60,599 bases of DNA from a virus: the IMG/VR virus record IMGVR_UViG_3300045988_079978; one strand, written 5' to 3'. The stretch's first letter is position 1. Each line of letters begins with the position of its first letter. The notes beneath the pieces were generated by a model that worked only from the letters and a program-made list of their open reading frames with translations, was not told the origin of the DNA and did not search any database. Position numbers and translations under genes: made by a program. Positions 1 to 9,610 of the stretch are shown here, piece after piece.

Positions 1-18
1 ATTTTTTTTATTTAACTC
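1..18 (-). repeat. Crossover site S1 (sense GAGTTAAATAAAAAAAAT) inside the expressed tail-fibre gene; the same bases as 60501-60518
   Basis: It shares the invariant core TTAAATAAAAA (plus 5-15) with sites at 58095-58105, 58743-58753 and 59860-59870. The core encodes L-N-K in frame. Confidence 0.7.
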
Positions 19-99
19 ATTAATAACTAACGCATCACAGAAAAAGCCAGGTTCCGTAACGAGACTGGCTTCCTCCAGGCTAACAACCCTGTTTGCGTA
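1..99. repeat. Terminal overlap, identical to 60501-60599; the genome unit is 60,500 bp and assembled as a circle
   Basis: Base-by-base comparison of the first and last 99 nt shows identity. An ORF reads in frame across the junction. Confidence 0.95.
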
Positions 100-291
100 A
101 ATATCATTGATTGCCTTTCTTTCCTCAATAATATGCTTTGCTGTATATGAGCTTCCTTCTTGATCATAAGCGGTCATATCTTGCAATGATATAGTTCCAT
201 CTTTATTTACTGTTTGTTTATATTTTCGCTGAGTATTTACATCGGAAAGGATTTCATCATTGAAATCCAAGGATAAAGGATTGAACTCCAT
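1..291 (-). CDS. Tail fibre / receptor-binding protein, constant N-terminal part (97 aa, MEFNPLSLDF...VINELNKKN); the ORF continues across the junction into 60500-60177
   Basis: ATG at 291-289. 291 nt is exactly 97 codons with no stop. Codons 60500-60486 (DYDPT) join in frame to the listed ORF 60177-60485. The gene is last in the tail module. Confidence 0.75.
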   Translation of the reverse strand, partial: MEFNPLSLDFNDEILSDVNTQRKYKQTVNKDGTISLQDMTAYDQEGSSYTAKHIIEERKAINDIYANRVVSLEEASLVTEPGFFCDALVINELNKKN

Positions 292-303
292 GTTGTATTC
301 CTC

Positions 304-708
304 CTAACATTTTATAGCTGATTGATTTACTCCAAAAGTTATAGGTAATTTCTGCTGTGTAAGTTTCTGCCGGTTATATCCTTTATAGAAAGCAAGACAA
401 GCACTTTCTATTCGATTCAAATCATCATACGTGGGTGTTGGGCCATTATCTATCCAGTACCCACGCTCATAATTTGCAAAAGGAAATGTATTATCGCTTA
501 ATGCATTCAAAAAACTTTCGATGGCATTAAATTCCCATGCATACGGATAATCACTTACCGTCTTTTCTGCTAATTCCGTATATGGAACAGGTTTATATAA
601 CTCTTGCTGTAAATCATGCAGATAAGCAATGTTCCCGATAATACGATTGTAATCAGCGACATTTATGTAATCATCAGCTGACCAATCGGTTTTTGGTTCT
701 TGCCACAT
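304..708 (-). CDS. Tail-tip or fibre-associated protein (134 aa)
   Basis: N-terminal W-x-DY-x-N-x-DYNRI-x-N pattern typical of Firmicute phage fibre proteins. It lies between the large tail protein and the fibre gene. Confidence 0.45.
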   Translation of the reverse strand: MWQEPKTDWSADDYINVADYNRIIGNIAYLHDLQQELYKPVPYTELAEKTVSDYPYAWEFNAIESFLNALSDNTFPFANYERGYWIDNGPTPTYDDLNRIESACLAFYKGYNRQKLTQQKLPITFGVNQSAIKC

Positions 709-2920
709 ACTCTTTCCTCCTAGTTCTTAGTCCACCACCAAGCACACCAGATTTGAATGTAATCTGCGATTGTTCTACGATTGTTTTTAAATCTGGATCG
801 TATTTATTTTCTTGCCCGATAACATCACCACAATCAATAGCTGGTTCACCGCGGTAATCAAGCTCATATTCAATGCCGGATGCAAAATAATCAGCAAGCC
901 ATTTAGCAACCTCTTGGCAGTGATCATCAAAAGATATTAGCGGATTCTTCCACTCTTTTTCTGTTCCACGGTTGTGAACTGGTTGACTGTAATAAGACGT
1001 GGCCACATTGTACTTATATCCTGTTATGGCCACCTCTATATTTTCCCCTGTTTTTACACCAGAAAAAGCAACTTCAACATAATAAGCACCGGACGATACT
1101 ATCTTTGCGCTCTGGCCACTTTCCGCATTGCTTATAGCTACGGAATATCCATAACACGGGTCATTCAGATAATATATCTGGTTCTCGCCGGAATAAGTGA
1201 TAGTCTCAGATGTCAAATCTTCCTTTGTCGCAGATTTTGAATATAGTGATCGTGAAACCTTTACATTCTTGATTTTTTCAAGCTGAGTTCCAACAGGGGT
1301 AGAATATAGATCATCGTATTCCAACGAATAACTTGTTTCAGCACCGAGCGATAAATAATCAATATGGATTCTGCTATTTGGTTCGGTTTCAGGGAATTCA
1401 ATTTCCAAACGATCATATTCCGGAAAATCATAGTCAATTTCTGTAGCCTGTTCGATTCCGGATGTGATAGTTAATGTATTGTTTAACACATCATCCGCAT
1501 ATGTACGGATTACTATTTTCTTTGGAAGATTTCCGGAGAAATTAATCATGATCCCATATGCTTTGTATTTTGCTTCTAGCGTCCTTGTAAGCATAGGATT
1601 TGCATCGAACTTCCCGTTTTCATCTGATATTGAAGTGCTTATATATCCGGTGTCTTGATGATGATCGGTTGGCACGAACAGTTTTCCCCCGTCCGCTTTC
1701 CAGAAGTTCTGTTCGAACGTTGCATACTGATTTTTCTCAGTTAAGTTGTCAATTGTTGGTGCATTTGAAAAATAAGTTTCTCCGTTTGATGTCGTATCGT
1801 ATGTTGGCTTGAATGCTACGCGAATCCTTATCTTTCCATTTCTGTCATAATCCATAATGCAGCGACCGGCATTTGCTATAATCTGCAATGCTTCTTTGTG
1901 TGTCACATTTGGCAGTGGGTTATGAACATATACCTTTTTCATGTATGAATCAATATAATATTCGTCTTCGTTTAATCCGGCATCTGTGAGAACTAATACG
2001 GCCAAATCGTACAGTGATATGCCATCCTCATAGTAGATACCTTTATAATATTTTTCATCTAAATATTTCAAGATATCTACAGCTGTAATGGTAGCGGATG
2101 AATCATCAGCACTCCATTCTGATACATACAGCGAATGCATTTTTATCCATTCAATATTCCCATCGTCCAGTATATATCCCATCATGACATTAACTTTTTG
2201 ACCACTTTCCAAGAAATTAATATCAGATGATGGATTGTCTACGTTGAATAATTGGTTGTCATTGCACAGTGTTACCTTAAATTCGGATTCCGGCAAATCT
2301 TCGTTGATTGCTGATAGAGTTGTATTGCTACTTGCTTCTGATATCCATTCATCGTCATATTCCAAGCCGAGTCCAAATATAATGTAATCAATTCGCACTC
2401 TCGCATTCGGTACATTCATTTCCGTAATAACTAATTCGATTGATTCCGTATTCTCAAACACATCATCGGACTTGAAAAGCTCTTCTGTATTCTCATATTC
2501 AAAAGACGTAGCATTATCAGTAACGATCGTAAATTTTGTAGGATAATTTCTACCAAATTTAATAGTCAGTCCTTTGATGTCGGATTTTCCGCAACCGAAT
2601 ACAAACTTCACATGAAAACTTTCTTCAAACAAATTCGTTGAAGTAATCCCGTCTTTTCGATAATCTGATTTCTTCTCTGGCAAGAAAAAGCTAATGCCAT
2701 TTGCTTTCCAGAAATTGCTCTCATAAGTTGCGTACCGTCTTACCGTGTGTTGATTGAATATGGATTCAGCATCTGAGAAGTCATTATATTTATTGGTATC
2801 AGAAAGTCCCGCTGTCTGCTGAGCCTCCTGATTAATCAATCCAAGCTGAATTTTCATGTAGGACTGATTGCGGACTGGTCGTTTCATGGATTCTTTATAT
2901 TCTTGTGATGTCTGATACAT
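674..2920 (-). CDS. Large tail-tip / baseplate hub protein (Tal-like, 748 aa)
   Basis: Second ORF after the tape measure, with a size typical of siphovirus Tal or baseplate proteins. No catalytic motif was recognised. Confidence 0.5.
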   Translation of the reverse strand: MYQTSQEYKESMKRPVRNQSYMKIQLGLINQEAQQTAGLSDTNKYNDFSDAESIFNQHTVRRYATYESNFWKANGISFFLPEKKSDYRKDGITSTNLFEESFHVKFVFGCGKSDIKGLTIKFGRNYPTKFTIVTDNATSFEYENTEELFKSDDVFENTESIELVITEMNVPNARVRIDYIIFGLGLEYDDEWISEASSNTTLSAINEDLPESEFKVTLCNDNQLFNVDNPSSDINFLESGQKVNVMMGYILDDGNIEWIKMHSLYVSEWSADDSSATITAVDILKYLDEKYYKGIYYEDGISLYDLAVLVLTDAGLNEDEYYIDSYMKKVYVHNPLPNVTHKEALQIIANAGRCIMDYDRNGKIRIRVAFKPTYDTTSNGETYFSNAPTIDNLTEKNQYATFEQNFWKADGGKLFVPTDHHQDTGYISTSISDENGKFDANPMLTRTLEAKYKAYGIMINFSGNLPKKIVIRTYADDVLNNTLTITSGIEQATEIDYDFPEYDRLEIEFPETEPNSRIHIDYLSLGAETSYSLEYDDLYSTPVGTQLEKIKNVKVSRSLYSKSATKEDLTSETITYSGENQIYYLNDPCYGYSVAISNAESGQSAKIVSSGAYYVEVAFSGVKTGENIEVAITGYKYNVATSYYSQPVHNRGTEKEWKNPLISFDDHCQEVAKWLADYFASGIEYELDYRGEPAIDCGDVIGQENKYDPDLKTIVEQSQITFKSGVLGGGLRTRRKEYVARTKNRLVS

Positions 2921-2923
2921 TAA

Positions 2924-3313
2924 CTACCACCCCGCATCAATAATGTTGACTTTGCAATTTATGTACGCCACTGGTCTTCCAGTTTTGTCATATTTGAATA
3001 CGTCTGCTGTTCTATCTCCCGGATACATGGTTAAGGTGATCCAGTTATTTTCGACCATATCCCAAAATCTTACAGTCACAAAATATTTTTTGAATTCTTT
3101 TAGCATACTTGACCATGTTTCCGCATCCAGATATGGCCATTCCAAGTTGGCAATCTTATAATTGTCTCTACCAATTTTCTGACCGACGATTTTGTTATTG
3201 GCATTTCTGGCAGCATTTACCGCCGTTGTCACTACCATATTTGGGTAGCGTTTCGGTGCCGGAAATGGCTTGCCATTTACCATTATGAAATTGGATATAT
3301 GCCTTGCTGCCAT
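2924..3313 (-). CDS. Small distal-tail-like protein (129 aa)
   Basis: Immediately downstream of the tape measure, which is the Dit position, but it is shorter than a canonical Dit. Confidence 0.4.
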   Translation of the reverse strand: MAARHISNFIMVNGKPFPAPKRYPNMVVTTAVNAARNANNKIVGQKIGRDNYKIANLEWPYLDAETWSSMLKEFKKYFVTVRFWDMVENNWITLTMYPGDRTADVFKYDKTGRPVAYINCKVNIIDAGW

Positions 3314-3325
3314 TTCCTACACCTC

Positions 3326-6300
3326 CTACGTTGGCGAAAAAGAAAAGCCCGTATTCCTACGCGCTTTTGATATCTGCTTATCCATTCTTTTTCCATCCAT
3401 ATTTACGCTTGTTTCTTTCTTAAGAAGTAACTCCTGGTATTCAATGATTGTTCTTAAGAGTGAATTGGTTTCATCATTCGCTCTTGAAACTCCGTTACTT
3501 ACCGAATCGACAATCTGCTGATTATTAACTACCGCAGAACGGTTCCCAATCTTTCCAACAAGCTCCGGACCACTCTCTCTTGCATAGAACATTTCTCCGA
3601 CTTTCGGGAAACCGCCGTTTGCATATCCATGACCTTTCCATCCTCTTTCGAGACTGCCATATTGAGCCAGCGTATATCTGATAGCTGCTAAAATATTGGA
3701 CATCGGGTCATAGATGTTTTTGTCGAACCCTTTCATAGCGTAAGCACGGAATGTAGGGTCAATAACTTGCATTAAGCCTTTGGACGGAATACCCATCTTT
3801 GCATTAATGTCCCAGTTATTTATTGCATTTGGATTTCCACCTGATTCAGATTTCATTTGCATAAGCAATCTGTTTAAGTTTGCTTCTGTGTATTGCCCTG
3901 TTAATTCCAGAGCTTTCTTTGCAGTAGCACGCCACTGCTCCACACCGGCAGATGCCTTGTAATTTACACTACCGCCAAAGTCTTTCAGTTTGTCTTTGAT
4001 GAATTTCGTAGCAATATCTACGGTACCACCAACCGCATTTTTCGCCATTGACAATCCCGGTTCCAGATAGTTTGAAAAGTCTGTGAACTTATCAATCGCC
4101 ATCTGAACCAATTTCTTAGGATCACTGATATAATCAGCAATATTCCCCGTGAAGTCTTTGAATTTCGCCCACGCACCTCCAAAAAAATCTCCGATTCCTT
4201 TTTTGAAATGTGGCATATTCATCAATGAAGCGGTCTGATCTGCTGGAAGAACTTTCGTACCTTTTGGCATTGGCAACATGACATTACGTCCCTTTGGAAT
4301 GATTGTCTTTCCGTTCGGGAACTGTACCATCTCACGATATGTGCTACCAGCTTGATCGTTCACGATACCTACAGTATCATGTGATACACCATTTGTACCG
4401 TTAGCATACTTGTCCAGCTGTGCAACATTGAAGTGGTTCTTTCCGCCACCAAGCTTTTCATACACCCAGTTCACACCGTTGAGGATAGCTTTCATTGCCC
4501 CGATGATAGGTTTTTTGATTTCCTTTCCAATACCCTTGAAGAAATTTCCAATCTTTCCGAATGAATCTGTTACGCCTTTGTAAGCAGTCTGGAATGTACT
4601 CTTAAACCATCCAGATACAGATTTCATGTTGTTCTGAATATCAGATTTGCGTCCACCGAACCATTTGCCAATGTCAGAGAATTTATCAGTTACGGCTTTT
4701 CTTGCTGCCCCAAATTTATCACCAAACCATTCCCCTACATCGGAGAATTTGTCAACAATCTGGTCTTTTAATTCTCCAAAGAATTTAAGTACTTTTGCGA
4801 GATTAGAAACAACTCCATTATATAGTCCGGCCATAATATAGCCACCCTGTTCAGCCATGATAGTTGACGGGGAATGAATACCAAACGCTTCTTTGAAGCC
4901 TGTAATAAATGGTGTGAATATATGATCTATTATCCATGTACCTATATTGCTTAATGCATCGGCAATTCCTTTGAAGATTCCAGCAACGATATTCCCTCCG
5001 CACTCTTCAATCTTGCCTTGGAAATATTTTTTAGCCGCTTCTACAGCATTTACTATGGCTCCACCAATTAGCGATCCGATATCGAATAATGCTTTTACAG
5101 CAGCGCCAATTAATTCACCAACGCTTTTAAACCATCCGTTCCAATCGAAATTAATCAAAAAGTCTGAAATACCCGTTGCAATATCGGTTATAAGCTTTTT
5201 CCAATCTGTACCTTCTAATGCTCCAGAAACTAAATCAAATAAAATCTTAGGAAGTGTAAACAAAACCTCGAAAGACTTTGTAATGATTCCTTTCCAATCA
5301 ATATTAGAAATAAATTGTCCGAAAGATGATCCTAATTGATTCCAGTCAGTGTTCTGCATAAATGCTAATAATGCATCAAGAAGTCCTTTTGCGAGGTCGC
5401 CAAGCCTTGCTCCATTACCAGACCAATCGAAATCGGAAATAAATTGATTTACACTATCTGATAAGCTCTTGCCAAAATTACTCCAATCAAAAGTCCTGGC
5501 TGCTTCGCCTATTGTTGCAAAAATAGCGTTCCAATTTTGCGCTATAAAGTGTCCTATTCCAGGCCAATCAACTGTGTTCACAGCGCCATTTGCCCCATCA
5601 CCAATAAACTTGCCAACTTCATCCCATTTTGTACTGTCTAAAAACGAATTTGCCAAATCCAGTCCGGTATTGAAAGCTTCGCCGATAGTATTTCCAATCG
5701 ACTCCCCAAGTCCATCAACTTCAACGAATCCGTTTATGAATGTTCCAAAAGATTTTCCGATTTTTTCTGCAGTTTCTTGTATGGGGTTCCAATCAATTCC
5801 ATCCAAAGAGTTTTTTAATTTTGTTCCAACAATTGATCCGATTTCTGTAAAGTCAGCCTTTTTCCATGCATCCTTTACTTTCTTTGCAAAATCAGACACA
5901 TTTTTATCAATAGATGATGTTTCGAACATTTCTGATGGGGACGGGCCTGTATACTTTTCCGATCCAGAATCTTGATTTGCAGAATCACTACTTGGTTGGA
6001 TAACGTGTAATTCATCTATTCCAAGAGTATAATTGGTTAAATCCTTAGCATCTTTTTTTGCTTTTTTAAGTTTATCTCCTGTTTTTGAAGCACTATTCCC
6101 TGTTGATTCTAAGCTTTTCCCATAATCAAACCATGCTTTTTTAGCTTGTACGACTTTTGACTTTCCAGTCAATGAGCCCATGAACTGTCCAACTGCATTT
6201 AATGCCCCGGCAAGCATATCAAGAAATTTCGATATATACGGTGCAACTACATTGACAATTGGTGCGAAAGCAGCGGCCCACGCATTTTTTAGATATAACA

Positions 6301-7813
6301 AAGAAGTAACCATACCAGATATGCTCTTGTTGTATGCAGAGCTATACTGCACCAGATTGTCAGAACCGGCTTTAATTGCTTCTTTTATTTGGCTGATCGC
6401 TCCGAAAACAGTGGAAAATAAAATGGAAGAGCCAATCATTTTTTTCCACGACATTCCTTTATTGGAATCTTTTTGCAATAATCCGAGCTTGTCCTTTGCC
6501 TTAGAAATCACAGATCCTAATACTTTAAAAGGATTTACAGACGCTTTAGCAATCTGCGGAAGTTTCGAAAGCCCCTTGATCGACAATTTCGCAAATGACA
6601 GTCCCAATTTCCCGGCATTTTTAATAAGTGCTTTTAACGCAGTTCCAGCTATCTGCAACTTCGAGATTTCTTCTTTTGCTATAATGCTTTTTGCTTTTTC
6701 TCTCATTGAACGGTTGTATTCTTTCCGCCGTTCTATTACTACAGTAAGTTTCTGCGCTACTGCATCATATTCTTCGTCACCCTCACCAAGTCCTTGCCTT
6801 TTTAAACCTTCAAGTTCCTTTTTTAAGGCTTTTATTTGATCTGAAAAATTATTTGCCGCAGCATTTGCCTTTCCAAAAGAGTCAACGTATTCTTGAATGG
6901 CTTCTGTGTCGTAATCTCCATTTTCTTTCATAGGTGGAATATCATTGAATTTCCCCCCTTGAGTTGAAGTTCCCGTTTCTGGCAACTTTAACATTTCCAT
7001 GAAATTTTTTGTATAATTTCCGAATCCACCCTTTGTAAGACCGCTCTTTATTTCGCCAACTTTATTTTTCAAATAATCAAATTTACTAGAAATTTTTGAT
7101 ATATTCCCACCTTTATCTATGTTAGATATTTCATTAGAAACATCTTCGATAGAATCGGAAACTTTCTCTGCATTTTCACCGAGAGATTCCATACTAAGTT
7201 TTTCTTGATTTAATTCGCTGACAACATTCCCATCTCTTTCAATCGTAAACGATGGCTGCTCTACTGATAACCCATCAATTGCTTTTTTATATACATTCGC
7301 TTCATTGGTAGCTTTTTGGATATCGTAAATTATGCTTTCAAAGGTCTTCCCTAGGTGATCAGTTCCTTCAATTGCAATTTTTTTGTTTAATCTATCCTTT
7401 AATCTCGCTGCAGTAGCTTCTGAGTTTTTCAATCCTTTTTCAAGCTCCGATACATCCATACCGGAAACATCAAGATTCAATCCCGCATTGCTGTATTTTT
7501 TATAGATAGAATCCAATGATTTTTCTGTGTATTTCAAGTCTGAACGATTCGTCCGAACTTTGATTTCTTTTTTGTCTAAGTCGTTCTTCTTTTTAATTGC
7601 ATTGTCAATAGCACTTGTGAATTTATCAAACCCACTTAAATCAAACTCTCCAATTTCTCCGATGCCGGATGCAAGAGCAACAACTTTTTCAAGACTATCT
7701 GCGATTCGATTTAATCTTCTTTCCATTCCTGAAAGTGATCTGTTTGCTCGATTTGATTCTGTTTCAATTGCTATCTCAAGTCTGTCAATTTCATCTGGCA
7801 TTATTGCTCTCAC
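3326..7813 (-). CDS. Tail tape measure protein with a C-terminal lytic transglycosylase domain
   Basis: 1495 aa and directly after the G/GT chaperone pair. It has periodic DW/W repeats (TDWNQ, IDWKG, FDWNG). SLT-like motif: MKSESGGNPNAINNWDINAKMGIPSKGLMQV...AAIRY. Confidence 0.9.
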   Translation of the reverse strand: MRAIMPDEIDRLEIAIETESNRANRSLSGMERRLNRIADSLEKVVALASGIGEIGEFDLSGFDKFTSAIDNAIKKKNDLDKKEIKVRTNRSDLKYTEKSLDSIYKKYSNAGLNLDVSGMDVSELEKGLKNSEATAARLKDRLNKKIAIEGTDHLGKTFESIIYDIQKATNEANVYKKAIDGLSVEQPSFTIERDGNVVSELNQEKLSMESLGENAEKVSDSIEDVSNEISNIDKGGNISKISSKFDYLKNKVGEIKSGLTKGGFGNYTKNFMEMLKLPETGTSTQGGKFNDIPPMKENGDYDTEAIQEYVDSFGKANAAANNFSDQIKALKKELEGLKRQGLGEGDEEYDAVAQKLTVVIERRKEYNRSMREKAKSIIAKEEISKLQIAGTALKALIKNAGKLGLSFAKLSIKGLSKLPQIAKASVNPFKVLGSVISKAKDKLGLLQKDSNKGMSWKKMIGSSILFSTVFGAISQIKEAIKAGSDNLVQYSSAYNKSISGMVTSLLYLKNAWAAAFAPIVNVVAPYISKFLDMLAGALNAVGQFMGSLTGKSKVVQAKKAWFDYGKSLESTGNSASKTGDKLKKAKKDAKDLTNYTLGIDELHVIQPSSDSANQDSGSEKYTGPSPSEMFETSSIDKNVSDFAKKVKDAWKKADFTEIGSIVGTKLKNSLDGIDWNPIQETAEKIGKSFGTFINGFVEVDGLGESIGNTIGEAFNTGLDLANSFLDSTKWDEVGKFIGDGANGAVNTVDWPGIGHFIAQNWNAIFATIGEAARTFDWSNFGKSLSDSVNQFISDFDWSGNGARLGDLAKGLLDALLAFMQNTDWNQLGSSFGQFISNIDWKGIITKSFEVLFTLPKILFDLVSGALEGTDWKKLITDIATGISDFLINFDWNGWFKSVGELIGAAVKALFDIGSLIGGAIVNAVEAAKKYFQGKIEECGGNIVAGIFKGIADALSNIGTWIIDHIFTPFITGFKEAFGIHSPSTIMAEQGGYIMAGLYNGVVSNLAKVLKFFGELKDQIVDKFSDVGEWFGDKFGAARKAVTDKFSDIGKWFGGRKSDIQNNMKSVSGWFKSTFQTAYKGVTDSFGKIGNFFKGIGKEIKKPIIGAMKAILNGVNWVYEKLGGGKNHFNVAQLDKYANGTNGVSHDTVGIVNDQAGSTYREMVQFPNGKTIIPKGRNVMLPMPKGTKVLPADQTASLMNMPHFKKGIGDFFGGAWAKFKDFTGNIADYISDPKKLVQMAIDKFTDFSNYLEPGLSMAKNAVGGTVDIATKFIKDKLKDFGGSVNYKASAGVEQWRATAKKALELTGQYTEANLNRLLMQMKSESGGNPNAINNWDINAKMGIPSKGLMQVIDPTFRAYAMKGFDKNIYDPMSNILAAIRYTLAQYGSLERGWKGHGYANGGFPKVGEMFYARESGPELVGKIGNRSAVVNNQQIVDSVSNGVSRANDETNSLLRTIIEYQELLLKKETSVNMDGKRMDKQISKARRNTGFSFSPT

Positions 7814-8271
7814 CTACCTTTGGATTCATTTGCCACCTTTGCCCATTCTGAAAAATTTGCTGCCGCAATTTGCGTGTTTTCCGAAATAATTTCTTCGATA
7901 TCATCGTCTGTAAGTTCGAATTGGTCAGCATTAAAAAACACATTCTTTTCTGGATATGTTTCATCATTACTAAGGAAGCAGCTAATTGCTTTTGAAATAT
8001 AAGCACCAGTCATCCATGCAGATACATCTGTCAACTCGGTTTCCCGTGCCTCTTCTAACTCTTTTTGGTGTTTATAAATTAAAAGAGTTTTGGGTGTCAT
8101 ATCCCAAAACTCTCTATAACTTATTCTGCATCTTGCCGCTATTGGCAACCAGTAATCATACGTAAATTGTGTAAAACTGATAGGAATAATTACTCCTCCG
8201 GCGAAGTTTCTTTTTCTGCCTTTGTTTTCTTCTCCTGAGCTACTCCCAGCATCTTCTGGAAAAAATCCGAT
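7810..8271 (-). CDS. Tail assembly chaperone T-part, in the -1 frame relative to 8190-8528 and expressed as a GT fusion
   Basis: The frame is open from 8271 (just after a TGA at 8274-8272) down to 7810. It overlaps the end of the G ORF by about 80 nt. The stand-alone ORF only has a TTG at 8148. Confidence 0.7.
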   Translation of the reverse strand: MGFFPEDAGSSSGEENKGRKRNFAGGVIIPISFTQFTYDYWLPIAARCRISYREFWDMTPKTLLIYKHQKELEEARETELTDVSAWMTGAYISKAISCFLSNDETYPEKNVFFNADQFELTDDDIEEIISENTQIAAANFSEWAKVANESKGR

Positions 8272-8528
8272 TCAGAAATTGCCTTTCCGAATGCATCTGT
8301 AATATCAATGATGTTTCCACCGCCGAGGATATGCTGCGTCACAAGATTTTCCGCTTCATCACGATCGCAGTCAACTACAGCACATACAAACCCCATAGCG
8401 ATAAGTGTTAACTGTTTTTTTCTAAAAGCTTCAATAATAGAAAATCCCTGTTCTTCCATTTTTGTGTATTCTTTAAATGTCATTTCCTTTACGTTGTATG
8501 TCTTACCATTAATTTTTACTTTTACCAT
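8190..8528 (-). CDS. Tail assembly chaperone G-like (112 aa)
   Basis: Located between the tail tube region and the tape measure. It has an acidic C-terminus and a slippery site near its 3' end. Confidence 0.7.
   Translation of the reverse strand: MVKVKINGKTYNVKEMTFKEYTKMEEQGFSIIEAFRKKQLTLIAMGFVCAVVDCDRDEAENLVTQHILGGGNIIDITDAFGKAISESDFFQKMLGVAQEKKTKAEKETSPEE
8259..8265 (-). promoter_or_regulatory. -1 programmed frameshift slippery heptamer T_TTT_TTC
   Basis: The zero frame reads GAT TTT TTC (D F F). The heptamer lies 2 codons after the -1 frame opens. Confidence 0.7.
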
Positions 8529-8550
8529 TTTATTAATCTCCTTTTTTCAA

Positions 8551-8581
8551 GAAAAAAAGAGCCATGTGAATTTCACATAGC
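8551..8581 (-). terminator. Intrinsic terminator downstream of the Mrr-like moron
   Basis: Minus-strand stem GCTATGTG/CACATGGC with one mismatch, followed by TCTTTTTTTC. Confidence 0.6.
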
Positions 8582-8603
8582 CCTAATTTTCTATTTCTGT
8601 TTT

Positions 8604-9473
8604 TTATTTTACAGTTATTGATATACAATTGTTTGACAATTCAACAAAGCATTGCTGTGTATGCAACTTTTCAGATAAGAAAGTTTCTTGAGAAACCAAA
8701 TACTTTGCTTGCTCACTTGTATCACATTTATAGATTAATTCTACATCGCCGTTCTCTTTAAAACGCGATTCAATCAATGCTACATTAACATGCATATTAT
8801 TTTGAAATAAAGATGAATATATTTCTGCGGTTTCTTTTAATATTTCTTTTCCTTCAATGTCAACATTCTTTTCTCGTGTCTGATTCGTATCATTTATGTA
8901 CTTAGATAAAAAATTTCTATCCCATAAAATGATTCCTGTTTTATCAGCTAATTCTTTTGCCGATTTGGTGAAATAACTATTCGTCATTACAATTCCAACC
9001 GGGCAACCATAATACTGCATACCGGCTATCACTTCTTGGACAGCCTTGTTTCCAACACTATTTGAATACCTTTTGCATTGGATGGCATAACGAACTCCAT
9101 CTTTAAAAGCAATGATATCAACTCCTTGGTCTCCACTTGCTTTAGTCATGTTAACGTTTTCAAAACCATTATCTTGAAGAACTTTAGCACAAAAACTTTC
9201 GAACTCTTCCCCACTCATAATATCTATATCAATATTCTTACCTTTTTTCTTTTTTACTAGTAACAAATTGAATATAAACACTATCGCAAGGATAATAAAT
9301 ATGATGGGCGCTACAACCGCAAACGCAGAAAAAGCAATTGCTATAACTCCAATTAAGATTGCCATATACAAAGCTATTTTTACTATTCCCTTTGTAATCG
9401 CTCCGGTGGATTTAAAAATTAATTTAATCGGTGTATACCACCATCCAATAAAAATCCAATAAAACAAGCGCAT
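8604..9473 (-). CDS. Membrane-anchored Mrr-type (Mrr_cat) restriction-endonuclease-domain protein; a moron inside the tail module
   Basis: Two or three N-terminal TM helices. Core motif FESFCAKVLQDNGF...GDQGVDIIA...YAIQCKRY...VGNKAVQEV. The C-terminal ~100 aa are of unknown function. RBS GGAGGAGGG lies before ATG 9473. Confidence 0.7.
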   Translation of the reverse strand: MRLFYWIFIGWWYTPIKLIFKSTGAITKGIVKIALYMAILIGVIAIAFSAFAVVAPIIFIILAIVFIFNLLLVKKKKGKNIDIDIMSGEEFESFCAKVLQDNGFENVNMTKASGDQGVDIIAFKDGVRYAIQCKRYSNSVGNKAVQEVIAGMQYYGCPVGIVMTNSYFTKSAKELADKTGIILWDRNFLSKYINDTNQTREKNVDIEGKEILKETAEIYSSLFQNNMHVNVALIESRFKENGDVELIYKCDTSEQAKYLVSQETFLSEKLHTQQCFVELSNNCISITVK

Positions 9474-9502
9474 ATCTTTATCCCTCCTCCCATTATGCAT
9501 TT

Positions 9503-9511
9503 ATTATATCA
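9503..9511 (-). promoter_or_regulatory. Extended -10 promoter element (TGATATAAT) for the Mrr-like moron
   Basis: The minus strand reads GTTTGATATAATAAATGCATAATGGGAGGAGGG directly upstream of the ORF. Confidence 0.45.
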
Positions 9512-9610
9512 AACGCTAATGGAAGAAGGAAGCTATCGTTAATAATTCGTCAAGAAGTTTTTCCATCCTCCGAGTCCAAGATGTAATCTCAATCTACATC
9601 AAGCAACTCA

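Noticed and set aside
4947-6839. Plus-strand ORFs of 130-219 aa (4947-5339, 5469-5975, 6180-6839), and similar ones at 14906-15343, 40599-41006 and 41805-42374
   Set aside because: They lie entirely antisense to long, well-supported genes (tape measure, portal, primase, organizer). They have low-complexity S/P/F/L-rich translations and no RBS, so they are shadow ORFs.
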